A DNA stretch of 64,000 nt from Eledone cirrhosa (GCA_964016885.1 OZ024741.1:317006001-317070000), one strand, 5' to 3'. Positions 1-17,442 are shown, numbered from the stretch's first letter. Numbers and translations are program-made. Notes: generated by a model not told the origin, from the letters alone.

Positions 1-868
1 TACATCCCTAATGCTAGCTCCAGAAACCGCCCCTCTCATAAGACTAATGTTATAGTAAACCATACCTATAACCGAACACGCGGCGGCTTTGAAAGAGTCA
101 GAAATAATAGTATAGAGAATCGCACTAAGGTACACGGCCGCAATATCAATTACACAAGCGATAGTATTGGTAGCTTACTACACAATAAGGGTCACGATCC
201 CGGTGACAGTGACAACTGTAGCCTACTTGACTTATTCCCCTACTATAAGATCAACAAAGGCGACGGCCTACTACCAACGCCTTCCAACCAGTGTCTTCCT
301 ATACATAAACGTAGCAGAAGGAAGCCGAGTGCACCCGAGGATAAAGCGAAAGGAACACGTAACTGGCTGCAGCACAACATGCATAAGATGGTCACCCTGA
401 TAGCACAACCCTTAGCAAACATACAAAAACACGGAATCGCCACCGCAACGTCCTATGGTTCCATCCTCCCTACTCTCGGAGTGTAGCCTCTGACTTACCT
501 CGGATATTCTTCGAAGCCTTAGAGAAGAACTTTCCACCCAACCATAAGTATAGGAAAATCCTTAATAGGAACAATATAAAAATATCCTTTCTACTACTCC
601 TAACCTAGCAGACATCATAGGAACAACTAATCACGGTAAGATCACCAAAACACAGCACCTTAGCACCGATACACCTACATCTGACAACAACTACATCCGC
701 CTTAACGACTCCCTAGCAGCACCCAATAGTGCTGGCAACAGCCACTACAGACGCAACCAACATAACCGCGACACGACTGGGGAATATGCATGTGACCCGT
801 GCGGATCACTCAACGACAACAGAAGACGTTGCGGCGTCCGGAATGATAATGGTACTACTCTGCACACA

Positions 869-1401
869 GTGGGTTATAATGGTACCAACGACAGGTGTAG
901 GGGCGTAGGTAACAACATAGATAGCAATAATAATAGCCTTACCTTGGGAACTAGAAGGGACTACGACCGAAATTGCAACTGCCGTGACAGGGGACGCTGC
1001 CCCCTTGGGGGAAACTGCCTGACTGATAGGGTTATTTATAGGTGCACCGTAACTAGCCATAATAGCGTTAAACATTATATAGGGGCTACCTCTGGCCCGT
1101 TCAAAAATAGATTTCAAACACATCTCACTCTTTCGCAAACAAGAAACTAAGACACTCCACTTTGCTCGCAAATTACATCACAGCATTAAAAGACTCAAAC
1201 ATCAGCTTCTCCACGCACTGGGAAATTGTCGGCAGAGCAGCACCGTACAATTTCAAGAGGAATTGCGAACTTTGTCTCATGGAGCTTTACCATATCTTAA
1301 CGGCACCCCACGAGCTCATCAACAGCAGAGCAGAAACGACGATAAGCTGTACGCACCGCTTAAATATCTCTTATTCCAGATGGAATAAGAATGAGGCGTG
1401 A
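869..1401 (+). pseudogene. PLE GIY-YIG endonuclease domain, interrupted by a TAA stop at 1148-1150
   Basis: NCNCRDRGRCPLGGNCLTDRVIYRC...HYIGATSGPFKNRFQTH, then LANYITALKD...CELCLMELYHI...INSRAE...CTHR. Confidence 0.9.
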
Positions 1402-1771
1402 GAACCGTAAACCGGGTCACCCTGCACCGAACCTTAACACCCCGGCGACCAGGCGCTGCAAAAATCATCTGGAAACTAACCATGCATCCCAGACCCGGCA
1501 TGAATCGACCCTGGCGGGCAGGCGCAGCAAACAAACATCGGGAAACTAACTTTGCAGCCCTAACCCTGCGTGAATTGACAATGGTATAACAGTAACCACA
1601 AAGTAATAACGGATAAAAGTAACATGGGGAACACTGCTCTAACACCGGCTAAAGTTATCTCCCTTGACCTACTGCAAAATCAATACGTTTTTTACGAAGA
1701 ATGGACTGTGATGTGAACTTATCTCTAAAACCCATTATGGGTCATGTAAGGAACGCTTCTTAGTTTTTTAT

Positions 1772-1811
1772 GCCCCTGAGAAGACCATTCGGGCGAAACG
1801 TACGTAGGTGC
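1772..1811 (+). ncRNA. Minimal type I hammerhead ribozyme, variant core
   Basis: gccc CTGAGAA gaccattcgggc GAAA C-GTAC-G TA ggtgc; palindromic loop 3; core deviates from CUGANGA. Confidence 0.6.
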
Positions 1812-2086
1812 TATTTTAAATAAACATGTTTTAACGGTTTGTTCTCCTTTATATACTTCTCCACGTGTAACCGCTCTGCTTACATTCTCACCCACTAGAT
1901 ATTAACACTTCTAATATTTAACACTGCAGCACAAGTATTGAGCACCTTTTGCATATGCTATTGGCAAATAACTACATGTATCGCCTATCTCTTCTTCTCT
2001 CTCTCGATACTTAAATATTATATATATATATATACATATATATGTGTGTGTGTGTGTACATATACATACACAAACACACATATATA

Positions 2087-2122
<36 letters not shown>

Positions 2123-2411
2123 AATACACACACACAATCACATAAACATACACATATACTCACAAACCACTATATACAGACATAAACTCACAAATACATA
2201 CAGACATATACGCTCACTAATTCACACATACTAGCGCACATATATTTCTCTTTGTTCCGTAACTCCTAGTGGAGTGGTAGTGATACCATAGTGACATGTT
2301 TAAGTCTAGCTGAATCCATTTACTCTACAAGTCTGAATACAACAGATTTCTTCCAGAGAAGAATAGAGAGAGAGTGAGAGAATGGACGTGAGAAAGAGAT
2401 ATAAAAGAAGA

Positions 2412-2838
2412 ATCGAACCCCAGTACTAGACTGGTATTTCATTTTACCGACTTTGAATGGATGAAAGGCAAAGTTGGCTTCGGCGGAATTTAAACTCAGA
2501 AGGCAGAGATCCAAAACAAATACTGCAAAACATTCTCTTCGACGTTCTAATGCGGGCATGTGCAAGATTTTTCAAGAGGCGGGCCGCAAGTGCTATTTTA
2601 TATTCGTACCCACATTTTAAAAAAAAGGTAAGTCAGGTTGTTTTGATTTGTTCCTTCAGAATTCGCAAACGTTGTTTTCCTCGATCGTAAAAATGATAGA
2701 AAGATAAATTTCGACTGAAAAGTTGGGGTAAAAAAATCAGAAAGATTTCACTTAGATGACTTAGGCGAACCATTCAGAAAGCTTCGCAGGCCGCATGTTG
2801 CCCATGGCTGTTCTAATAACTCTGCCAATTCGCCGCCC
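2412..2838 (-). mobile_element. tRNA-derived SINE (family A) interrupted at about 2551-2810 by a hAT-like terminal fragment
   Basis: ggatgaaaggcaaagttggcttcggcggaatttaaactcaga matches other family A copies; the insert ends in ggccgcatgttgcccatggctg, a hAT-type terminus; SINE head resumes at 2811. Confidence 0.7.
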
Positions 2839-3509
2839 TAGCGTATATATATACACACTCAGAGATACACCAGACATACACTTAAAGATGCACATGCACA
2901 CAAACACACACATTAAGATGATTATTCATAAAAACACAGGTATCAATACATCATACACATACCAATACATACATACGAACACACCACAGATCAATACATC
3001 ATACACTTACTAATACATACGTAGGTACATACGTAGGTACATACGTACATACGTACACACATATAGGCACTGACACACACACAAGCACCAATATTTACAC
3101 ACAGACATAAACATTCATACACTCATACACAAAAACGCACAGATAAATGCAAACACACAAATGCATATGTAGATACACATTAATACACACACCTCATATA
3201 TACACACATTAACATGCATGCACACAAACAAATGTTTATACACACATACGGAGAATGACTATCATTATCTTCATGAGGCTGGAATGTCTTCGGTCATAGG
3301 TTTGCTTGATCAAGGTTGGCCTGGGGCTAAGCAATAATAACAGCCACAACTACCACAGCCACCACCAGCAAGCTCACTACAACTGACACAACAGCTAAAA
3401 CAACACAAGAATTGCCCCGACCCCCTGTAATCACCGCAACCACCAAGCCGCCATCATCAACAAACAAATGCACAATCAGTGCCATTACGTGCTGCATACC
3501 ACTTATAAT

Positions 3510-3677
<168 letters not shown>

Positions 3678-3912
3678 AGTCATTTGTCCATATATGTTAT
3701 GAAATTTCTATATACATCATTTCAAAGACGCTGCTTCAAACCAACTTGTAATTAAACATTTCTCATTAGTATGGGCGTATTTCTAATTAAATACTTTAAC
3801 TCGATCTCCAGGTGTATGCGTGTGCATACGTGCTCCAATGAGTATGCTAGTGTGAACGTGTGCTTCTATATGTCACTGTAACCTACTCACACACATGTGC
3901 TCAGACAAACAA

Positions 3913-3980
<68 letters not shown>

Positions 3981-4258
3981 GGAATCACAGTTGGATCTCC
4001 AATCCGGTGCTTGATTTTACTGAAACGTTCTTTTTAACAAACTCTGCACGAGGCAGATTTTCACTAATTTAAATACAGAAACAGTGGGGAGCTTTGTATC
4101 TTTGTTCTTGTTGTTGTATTTGTGGTTGATGTTGTTGTTCATGTTAATAATGATGATAACGACGATGTTGTTGATCACAGGGTCAATCCTCCGGCTAAAC
4201 GTATCTATGTTCATAAGTCTTCCACTAGCTTTGATTATCCCGTCTTCACTCAGTCACT

Positions 4259-6225
<1,967 letters not shown>

Positions 6226-6315
6226 GCGTATATACACACACATATATACATATATATACATCCATACATAAACACACTAATACACATATACATATATATA
6301 CATGCACACACACAC

Positions 6316-6364
<49 letters not shown>

Positions 6365-6723
6365 TATATACATATACATACACATTCACATACATACATA
6401 CATACACACACACATACATATACACATATGTACACACATGCACACGTACTCACATATAAAAGGATACATAAGCACACACAAATAAGGATAAATAATCATA
6501 GTAGGCCGTCACATACAAATAAGCAAATAAAAAATAAGGATTAAGAAAATAAAAAAATAAAAAACATTAAAAAATATTAATACAAGACGGCAAAATTTAA
6601 AATAAAAATTAAAATAATAAAAATAATAATAATAATAATAATAAATGACCAAACGCAGGTGGTAAGCAAATGCACACAAAAACCCTAAATATATATATAA
6701 AAAAAAAAAATATATATATATAT

Positions 6724-6769
<46 letters not shown>

Positions 6770-7060
6770 ACATACACACACACATATATATATACATACA
6801 CACACACACATATACACACACACATACGCATACATATAAATTGTACAAGCACACCCCATCATATAAACACAGCACAGACACAAAAGAGTATATACATACA
6901 AATACATATACACTCACATAAATGCATACAACCACATACACACATATAGTATAAAAATTTCTTAAAGATAAAAACATAAATATAAAACTATAAAATTACA
7001 TACACACATACGCATAAGTACGTACACACGCACGCACATACACACACATATATATATATA

Positions 7061-7760
7061 TAAACGGAAAAAATGAGACGAAATTTCATTTCTCAACTCT
7101 CGGCTGTTACTTAAATATAAGTATGTATACCCACATACATATATGTATACAGACGTACAGTAGTATGTATATATATATACATACACGCACATATATATAT
7201 ATGTACGTATGGATTCACCGAACATATATTATAATGCTCGGTGTGTTTGTAAACAAACATCCCGAATTAAGCCGTACAGTGTCTAGCAACCATCGTTGCT
7301 TATTTGTTCAACACTGACAAAGGAACACTGTACTAGTTTCAAGCTTATTAAATATCGTCAGCAACGTATACCTTCCTGCTAGATGATTGAACGTCTGAAA
7401 GTATATACTTTCCTTATGCATATTAACGGATAAGCAGCCTAATTTGCATATCGAGTGAGTTAATCGGCTGGGCATACCGAAAACGATAAATGGAAAAAAT
7501 GAAACGAAATTTCATTTCTCACTCTTAGTACGGCTGTTACTTAAATATAAGTATGTATACGCACATACATATATGTATACAGACGTACAGTAGTATGTAT
7601 ATATACATACATACATGCACACATATATATATGTACGTATGGATTCACCATACGTACATATATATCCATACGTACATATATATATGTGTGCATGTATGTA
7701 TATATACATACTACTGTACGTCTGTATACATATATGTATGTGCGTATACATACTTATATA
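7061..7760. repeat. Unclassified insertion with direct repeat (7061-7225 / 7489-7650) and inverted copy (7690-7756)
   Basis: cggctgttacttaaatataagtatgtatac..cagacgtacagtag occurs twice, then partly in reverse complement. Confidence 0.7.
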
Positions 7761-7781
7761 TATATATATATATATATATAG

Positions 7782-7812
<31 letters not shown>

Positions 7813-8044
7813 TATATATATATAAATATATATACACATATATATATATAAATACATATACATATATATATATATACACACATATATATATATATACACA
7901 CATATACACACCTACACACACACACATATATATATATAAATATATACACGCACACATATACATATATATACATATACACACATACATACACACATATACA
8001 CATATATATATAAAAGAAATTCATAAAAATATATTTTCAATTTT

Positions 8045-8132
<88 letters not shown>

Positions 8133-8134
<2 letters not shown>

Positions 8135-8380
8135 GAAGTAATGCCGTCGGAAAGGTCCAGGAAAAAAGAGTGCTCTATGTAGGTTACAGAGCTTAATAGT
8201 TATGTAATAAACAACATATGGCAATTATTTCATTTACCAGTGGTTTCTTGAAAGCAAACAAATTTTGCTTTCAATCATCAGAATGAAAAAAATTCTGATG
8301 ATTGAAAGCAAAATTTGTTTGCTTTCATGAAACCACTGGTAAATGAAATAATTGCCTTATGTTGTGTATTACATAACTAT
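8133..8380 (-). mobile_element. Miniature fold-back PLE 3' end carrying two divergent hammerheads (8228-8288 minus, 8292-8344 plus)
   Basis: CTGATGA ttgaaagcaaa..ttgctttca(a/t) GAAA CCACTGG TA aatgaaa on both strands; same family as 17037-17195 and 49372-49630; within (TA)n. Confidence 0.88.
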
Positions 8381-8400
8381 ATATATATACATACATATAT

Positions 8401-8473
<73 letters not shown>

Positions 8474-9250
8474 CACATACACATACATATACACATACAC
8501 ATATATATATACATACATACATACACAAAATAAAAATAGAGGGAAGGAAGGGGTATTCAAATAGTAGGGCGTACGACAAATAAAACATAAAGGTATAAAT
8601 GTTTATAGCTGATTAAGAGCACTCAACAGTTCCTGGAGCAAATAATCAATAAAAGTAAGCATTAAAAAACTCTGTAATTATGCATATACATACAAAACCA
8701 TACATACGCATACACACACACAACCAACTACATACACATATATATATATACATATACAGATATATATATCTATATCTATATATATATATATATATACGCA
8801 CATATACATACATACATATGCGTATATATATACACACACACTAATATACACACACATAAGTACAAAGGGTTACAGCACCACATAAATAAAATACACACAC
8901 GCACATATAAACACACACACACACATATATATATATACACATACATACACATACACATATATATAAAACATTTATACATACATATACACATATATATATA
9001 TATATACATACACTTAATTACACATATACACGACAACATACATACACGTAAAATTAATATCTAAAAATCAAAAGGGGTGGGTATGTAAAAAGTAAGGTAG
9101 AGAGTAGGTGGGAATAAGGAAAATAAATAACATAAGAAAAAGTTAAAAAATAAGAGGAGAGAAGGGAGAAAGAGAAAATAAGGGTACAGAAAGTGAGTTC
9201 AGAGAGTAATAAAAGTCGTAGTAGATATAAGGCGTAAAGAGCAAAGAAGT

Positions 9251-9793
9251 TCAAGGTGGTTGAGTCATCGTAGGAATGTCAATCCAGTTACAGAGCAGAT
9301 GTGATTTCAGGTGAGGACAACATCTGAAGATCTCGGTCTTGCAGTTAAGGCAAGTTGAAGTGGTTTTCAAATTCTGTAGAATTCTAAATTTTTCAGTGGT
9401 ACTCAAAGAACAATTCTTTGTGCCCCTTTGGTATTCCCTCGAATGGTCTAAAATAGACCAATCGATAGAGTACGGGATGTTATTATCTTTGAATTCCCAC
9501 AGCTTATTAGCGAGGGCCGTAGCTGTTCTTTTATCAGAGTGTTTAAAAGAATCGACATGTGCATAAAACCTGGTTTTGAACCTGTCTTGAGTCATACCAA
9601 CATATCGTTCACTCCTGGCTGGCTGGTTGTTAATCGAAGGTGTTACTTTGGCCTCATATACAACGGATTTGGTGTTACATTTGCCCTGTAATGGGCATTC
9701 ATCCGTCTTTCTGCAACTGCACCCTGGATTTATTCTCGTACAATTAGAGTTGGTAATTTTAAACTTCATAGATGGGCAGCAAGAATAACTCAT
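9251..9793 (-). pseudogene. PLE GIY-YIG endonuclease domain
   Basis: CSCRKTDECPLQGKCNTKSVVYEAKV...YVGMTQDRFKTRFYAH...LNCKTEIFRCCPH. Confidence 0.93.
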
Positions 9794-9894
9794 TTTAACT
9801 ACATTTCTATTAAATATCTTATAATATCTATGATTAGAGGGAACATGCTTATCTAGGAGGTCAAGGAATTTCCTTCCTACATTAGTTTTGACAG

Positions 9895-10744
9895 TTAGAG
9901 AAAAGGTGGGTGTAAACCAAATAATTTTCCTTTTCCTATTATTGTGATTAGTTTTAGGGGGAGGGGTAGGTAAATATGTAATCTGTTCTGTAAGCTGTTA
10001 TTATTGAGGGCTTTATTATAATAAGGGGCAGCTTTATTAAAAATGTCTAGAGAAGAAAATAAAGTAGAAATCCTACGACTAATATTGGGAATAAGATTTT
10101 TAAAAACTATAGGGGGATGGCAAGACTCTTTGTGTATATATCTTAGATTCTCGTTAGGTTTATGATAAGGTTTAAAAGAGGCAGTAAGTAGATAAAGATT
10201 AATGTCAAGAAAGTTAGCATTGGTAACTTTAGTAATTTTAAGGTTAAGATTAGCAAAAGTATTGATTAAATCTTTACGGAATTTATCAAGGTTATGGCCG
10301 TTGGTGGTATGAGAAACTGCCAATCCGTCGTCACGGTATAAACCGATATTATGGGAAGGAAATTTCTCTTTAAGGGTGTGGAGAAGGAATAATCCTACTA
10401 AGTCACACACATCCGCACTGTCATATGAACCCATTGCATCATCGAAAGAGTTTTCAGGGCTTGACTTTTTAACCCAATTAGTAAATAGAAGAGTTTTCCT
10501 AGCATGAAAAATAATGTCTTCTTCTAATATAGAAATATTAATGAAAGGTCTTGCAAAATCTAAGGCTCTATTTAATAAGGAAACAGTAACAGAGGGTTAA
10601 AATCTACACGTAGTTTTACCTTGTAGATTATTAAACCAAGAAATAACAGAGGATGTATTCAACCATTGCGATAAGTCAGTCTTAGTTCTAATTTGGAAAA
10701 TTATTTTTCTTAAGATTTTTTTACTTGCAAGGCCAACTTCGGAT
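9895..10744 (-). pseudogene. PLE reverse transcriptase, frameshifted and 5'-truncated
   Basis: MGSYDSADVCDLVGLFLL...IGLYRDDGLAV...NFLDI...KPYHKPNENLRYIHKESCHPP; degenerate RT continues upstream to 10744. Confidence 0.93.
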
Positions 10745-10915
10745 TTTTTAATGCTTACTTTTATTGATTATTTGCTCCAGGAACTGTTGAGTGCTCTTAA
10801 TCAGCTATAAACATTTATACCTTTATTTTTTATTTGTCGTATGCCTTACTATTTGAATACCCCTTCCTTCCCTTTATTTTTATTTTTATTTTGTGTATGT
10901 ATGTATATATATGTG

Positions 10916-11016
<101 letters not shown>

Positions 11017-11247
11017 ATGTGTATATATGTATGTATATATATATATATGCATAAAATTGAAAATAAATTTTTATGTATTTCTTTGAAATATATATATACA
11101 TATATATATGTGTATATGTGTGTGTGTCTGTATGTATGTGTGTATATGTATATATATGTATATGTATGCGTGTATATATTTATGTATATATATGTATGTA
11201 GGTGTGTATATGTGTATATATATATTTATATGTGTACATGTATTTAC

Positions 11248-11278
<31 letters not shown>

Positions 11279-11462
11279 GTATACAAGAGAAAACACAGGT
11301 GAGCATTAGAGAAGGATTTTATCCAGGTATTTACGACCGTTTCATTGGTAAGTGCAACCTTATATTGCTATGCTGCAAATAGCAGCCACTCAATTATAAT
11401 TGTTGTTCACAGTCCAAATTTTCAAAATAATAAGTTACTCTTGAAATAATTCTTAATATATA

Positions 11463-12088
<626 letters not shown>

Positions 12089-13005
12089 TATATATGTGTA
12101 TGTGCGTGTGTGTGTACGTACTTATGCGTATGTGTGTATGTAACTTTATAGTTTTTATTTTTATGTTTTTATCTTTAAGACATTTTTATACTATATGTGT
12201 GTATGTGGTTGTATCCATTTATGTGTGCGTATATATATATTTGCATGTATATACTCTTTTGTGTCTGTGCTGTGTTTATATGTATGGGGTGTGCTTGTAT
12301 ATGTATATGTATGCGTATGTGTGTGTGTATATGTGTGTGTGTATATGTATATATATATGTGTGTGTGTGTATGTACACATATATATATATGTGCAATATA
12401 TATCTAAACATATCTGGTTGACCGTTAATATTCAAAATATTTAATTTAAGTTAGGTCAGAGTAATGAATAATATTTTAGGTTTTAAAAGTTAATAGGTAT
12501 CTGTATTAATATTAAAGTATACTCTCAAATTTAATTTCTAAAATCAAATTTTATGAAATCAAATTTAAAGGATTTACAAATACGAGAAAGAAAACATAAT
12601 GTTTTTACAACCTCACGAAGGTAAACTTTACCCAATTTATCATATAATATTGATAACAGTTTATATAATATAATTTAGAAAATAATTACCGTTATAATTT
12701 TTAAAGAGTTTATGATTAACAATTTGAGTGCCTAAAGGATCAACAGGCCTTATAATTAAACTTAAAAAGGTCTGAATTTTTAATTACATATATGTGTTTA
12801 TCAAAAAGAAAAAAAAATATCTGTGAAAAATGCTATTGTCAATAGTGTACAGAAACGCATAACTAGAATATCTGCGAATAAATCAATATTTGATGAAAAA
12901 GCAGGATGATACAATGATGCGCTAAGAAAGGCAGGTTATAAAAATAATATAGAATATATAGACAATAATAATTCGAATCTTAATCCTGTTAAAAATAATA
13001 ATAAT

Positions 13006-13797
13006 ATGACTGGCATGTATAAACGAAATTCTAAAAATTATAATTCAAACACCTGTACTGTGAATAAATCGGGAAAAAAAACAGAACTAAATCAGTTATA
13101 TGGTTTGTCCCCCCCCCCTGCTTCTGTAGCAGTAAAAACACCACTAGCTAATCTATTCTTTAAGGCTTTAGATAATTCCTTCCCTAGTCAACATAAATAC
13201 CGTTCCATATTTAATAGACACACAATTAAGCTTTCTTATTCTACAACTATGAATATGGCCCAAAACATGGCTAAACTAAATAGTAGAATTCTAAACCAAA
13301 ATCAGCATAATAGTGTTAATAATAGTGCTAATATAAATAATAATAAATCGAAATGTAATTGTAGAAATAAACCAGATTGTCCTCTGCAAAATAATTGTCT
13401 GGATAGAAATTTGGTGTATAAATGCACCGTAAAAGCAAATAACATCACATACAACTACATAGGGGCAACTTCTTCGACATTTAAATCGAGATTTGCGAAT
13501 CACAAATGCTCGTTTTCGAATCCTAATAGGAAGTCTTCGACTTCTTTATCACAACTTATATGGTCATTAAAAGACAAAAATTTAAAATACTCTATTTTTT
13601 GGACGAAGCTTTGTAATAGTAGAATCTATTCGAATTTGTCTATATCAACTAACTGCAACCTCTGTACTAAGGAGACCCTATTAATAATTACTAATTATGA
13701 AAATTTAATTAACAAAAAAAGTAAATTATTCTCAAACTGCCTTCATAAAGCTTTGTCTACATTCCAAGCCACGCAAAAAGTCAGGAAAAAACACTAA
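13006..13797 (+). pseudogene. PLE linker plus GIY-YIG endonuclease (263-aa open stretch)
   Basis: FNRHTIKLSYSTTMN...KCNCRNKPDCPLQNNCLDRNLVYKC...YIGATSSTFKSRFANH...CNLCTKE...NCLHK. Confidence 0.93.
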
Positions 13798-15712
13798 ACA
13801 AACAGGTTTTAATTTTTGACGTCTCTTATCAACTGTTGTACCTAAAACGTTATAACAGATTATAAAACTTTAATAATACTTTATTTTCTAATCATTTATG
13901 ATAGAATTAATGTTAGAATGAAGGATCCTATTTAGGTATATAAACATATTATTTGTTAACTTGTTCTCTTGATGAATATGCACACCTTTGGATTATTTTA
14001 GACATTTATAATTTAGATTCGGTTCCTTATATATATTTGTCTTTGTTTTAAATATATAATTTGGATATATAACTTGTAAGATTACCGGTTATAATTGAAC
14101 CGTAAATCATTCATGCATTTATATATTTTACTCAATTTGGATATGTTTTGGGACTCAGAAAGTTAGATTTGCACATATATATTTTTTTATATATATTTAG
14201 GTATAAATATCACAAGCCATACTAGTCGATAAATATTGGTCTCTCTTTCCACTGAACTGGAGGTAAAACTACAATTATAACTTTACTAATAATGATTGTA
14301 ATTATTTATTTAGTTATTATATGTATATCGTTTCACTAATACCTATAATACTCTCTCTATATATTATATAGTATAATAACATGCTTGTAGTTACATTTAT
14401 AAGTAATTTAGATACTCAAATGACTCTCTATTGTTATAAGTGTTAGATATTTCCTTAATGTTCGAAATTATATAATGATTATTACTTAATTTAATTTATT
14501 TTATTTTAATTATATTTAGATTACCTCCAGGTCGTTCACATTTTTAGCTCCTCTTTCTATCACCTTCGCTGGTCATTTTAGAAGTATCTTTTGTCTACTA
14601 TATAATAAAACCTTCTTGCATTTTAAACTATATTTTTTTTAATATTTTGGCATTTTTATGTTTCGCAAACAATTCATTATTTTTTTTCACTTTTTATTTT
14701 TATTTTTATTTTTCACTTTTTATTTTGTATCTAGTTCTTATCCTTAGGACTCATAAAATTTTGACTTATATATTTATAGTATATATCTATTAAATGATCC
14801 TTTTACAATAATTGATCTAAAACATTAATTTTTAACAATATTTTCAGTAACTTATTTACTATATTGTATTATATTATGAATATTTGAAAGGTATCATCTT
14901 AAGTCTTTAGACAATATAATCTTTGTGTATTTTTTTTTTTTTTTTTTTTTTGATAAACACATATATGTAATTTAAAATTCAGACCTTTTTAAGTTTAATT
15001 ATAAAGCCTGTTGATCCTTTAGGCACTCAAATTGTTAATCATAAACTCTTTAAAAATTATAACGGTAATTATTTTCTAAATTATATTATATAAACTATTG
15101 TCAATATTATATGATAAATTGGGTAAAGTTTACCATCGTGAGGTTGTAAAAACATTATATTTTCTTTCTCGTATTTGTAAATCCTTTAAATTTGATTTCA
15201 TAAAATTTAATTTCATAAAATTTGATTTTAGAAATTGAATTTGATAGTATACTTTAATATTAATACAGATACCTATTAACTTTTAAAACCTAAAATATTA
15301 TTCATTACTCTGAACTAACTTAAATTAAATATTTTGAATATTAACGGTCAGCCAGATATGTTTAGATATATATTGTATATATGGATAATTGTCTAAAGAC
15401 TTGAACATAAGTTATTCCTATTTATCTCTCTCTCTCTGTAATCAACTCTCTTTTGCTTTTATAGGGCCCTACTAACTATATTATCCCCTCATCTGTCTCT
15501 TCCACTATGCTTTTCTTTTCTTTCCTCTTTCTTCAGTAATTTAAATTATGTAACAGTTATATTGATGCTAAGTATTTTTAAGCTGTCTCACACGCACCCT
15601 CTCTGTATTTCTCAATATTAAGGTATATAAATATTGAGTTTTGTCATATATTACTCACTACCATGACTGAATCTTAACCATCTATTATGTCAGGGTATGT
15701 CATGCATCATCT

Positions 15713-15779
15713 TATTTTATCTGATGAGGACGTACTATTGAAGTTAACTCACTACCTCTGAAATATGTATAATAAAATA
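15713..15779 (+). ncRNA. Type I hammerhead ribozyme
   Basis: tattttat CTGATGA ggacgta..tacctct GAAA T-ATGT-A TA ataaaata. Confidence 0.8.
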
Positions 15780-15924
15780 TACTTGATCTCAAGAATATCT
15801 ATTTTGTTAATATTTTGAATTAATCTTAATAACTCTGGAAAACCAATACTGTTGAGTGCTTCCAATCTATTGTAAAACTCATTCTTTGATTTATTCATTG
15901 AAACTTGTTTAACTTTTAAATATA

Positions 15925-15992
<68 letters not shown>

Positions 15993-16046
15993 GTTTTTTT
16001 GTGCATTTGCTTACTACGTGCGTTTGGTCATTTATTATTATTATTA

Positions 16047-16470
16047 TGGTGGATTGGCAGTATCGGTAGAGGGTCGGACGTCATGCTTTGCAGCATAGAG
16101 TTACGGCTCTTTATGATCTGAGCTCAAATCCCGCCGAGGTTAACTTTGCCTTTCATCCTTATGGGGTCGATAAAATAAAGTACCAGTCACGCACTGGGGT
16201 CGATTTAATCGAATTTCCCCTCCCCCTAAATTACTGGCCTTGTGCCTATATAAGAAACCAATATTATTATTTTTATTGGCCGTGTGGATTGGCAGTATCG
16301 GTAGAGGGTCTGACGCCATGCTTTGCAACAAAGAGTTACACCCCTTTATGGTTTGAGTTCAAATCCCGCCGAGGTTAACTTTGCCTTTCATCCTTACGGG
16401 GTCGATAAAATAAAGTACCAGTAATGCACTGGATAATTGCTGGCCTTGTGCCAAAAGTAGAAACAATTAT
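16047..16470 (+). mobile_element. Two tandem tRNA-derived SINEs (family A; long variant then short variant)
   Basis: tggcagtatcggtag A-box-like; gttcaaatcc B-box-like; cctttcatcct..ggggtcgataaaataaagtaccag body; (TTA)n tail. Confidence 0.88.
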
Positions 16471-17036
16471 TATTATTTTTATTTTTATTATTATTTTTAT
16501 TTTTAATTTTGCCGTCTTGTATCGCTGTCAACATAATAATATTTTTTAAGATTTTTTATTTTTTAATTTTCTTAATCCTTATTTTTTATTTGCTTATTTG
16601 TATGTGACGGCCTACTATGATTATTTATCCTTATTTGTGTGTGTGCATATGTATCCTCTTATATGTGAGTACGTATGCATGTGTGTATATATGTGTGTAT
16701 GTATTATGTGTATGTGTATGTGATGTATATATATATATGTATATATATATATATGTGTGTGCATGTATATATATATATGTGTATTGGTGTGTTTATGTAT
16801 GGATGTATATATGTGTATATATATATGTATATATATATGTGTGTGTATATATGCGTGTATATATGTATATATATATATATGTATATATGTGTGTATATGT
16901 GAGTGTGTATGTGTCTACGTGTGTGTTGTTATATATTCTTATTTATTATTCTCGCCCCCCCCCTTTTTTTTCCTCCAGCTTCACTTTCATATCTGTTATA
17001 TTTTTGTTTTTCAAATCCACTGTCAATAAAGACACC

Positions 17037-17098
17037 ATTTCATTCTGATGAATGAAAGCAATTTTGGTTGCTTTCAAGAAACCACTGGTAAATGAAAT
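17037..17098 (+). ncRNA. Type I hammerhead ribozyme, intact core
   Basis: atttcatt CTGATGA atgaaagcaa..ttgctttcaa GAAA CCACTGG TA aatgaaat; 8-bp stem I. Confidence 0.9.
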
Positions 17099-17190
17099 AA
17101 TTATCTTATGTTGTTTATTACATAACTAATAACCTCTATAACTTACACAGAGCACTCTTTTTTCCTGGACCTTTCCGACGGAATTACTTC

Positions 17191-17228
<38 letters not shown>

Positions 17229-17251
<23 letters not shown>

Positions 17252-17442
17252 TTCATCCCGGGTTCAATCGGGAGTAACCATAGTAAGTAAGATACTCAAT
17301 ACATAGCAAAGTATAAATATTTAATATAGAAATGGCTTCTACAGGACTAGAACTGTTTCATTCGGGAAAAATCAACCGGGCTTCCTTATTATTTCTCCCG
17401 AATGAAACAGTTATAGTCCGTTAGAAGTCATTTCTATATAAA
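17229..17442 (-). mobile_element. Miniature fold-back element in (TA)n
   Basis: tatagaaatggcttcta..ggacta..aactgtttcattcggga is inverted as tcccgaatgaaacagtt..tagtcc..tagaagtcatttctata. Confidence 0.7.

Larger units (their letters stand above)
1..1915 (+). mobile_element. Penelope-like element, 3' part (linker, GIY-YIG endonuclease, 3' UTR with HHR); runs off window start
   Basis: About 510-590 reads FEALEKNFPPNHKYRKILNRNNIKIS; GIY-YIG at 969-1401; HHR-like motif at 1772-1811. Confidence 0.88.
12397..15925 (+). mobile_element. 5'-truncated PLE with an inverted copy of part of its 3' UTR at the 5' end
   Basis: 12397-12815 is the reverse complement of about 14950-15375; GIY-YIG ORF 13006-13797; HHR 15713-15779. 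Confidence 0.88.

Noticed and set aside
12901-12915. In-frame TGA upstream of a PLE ORF as possible selenocysteine (known in Naiad PLEs)
   Set aside because: Not at a Cys-like position, no SECIS recognised, and the endonuclease here is C-terminal.
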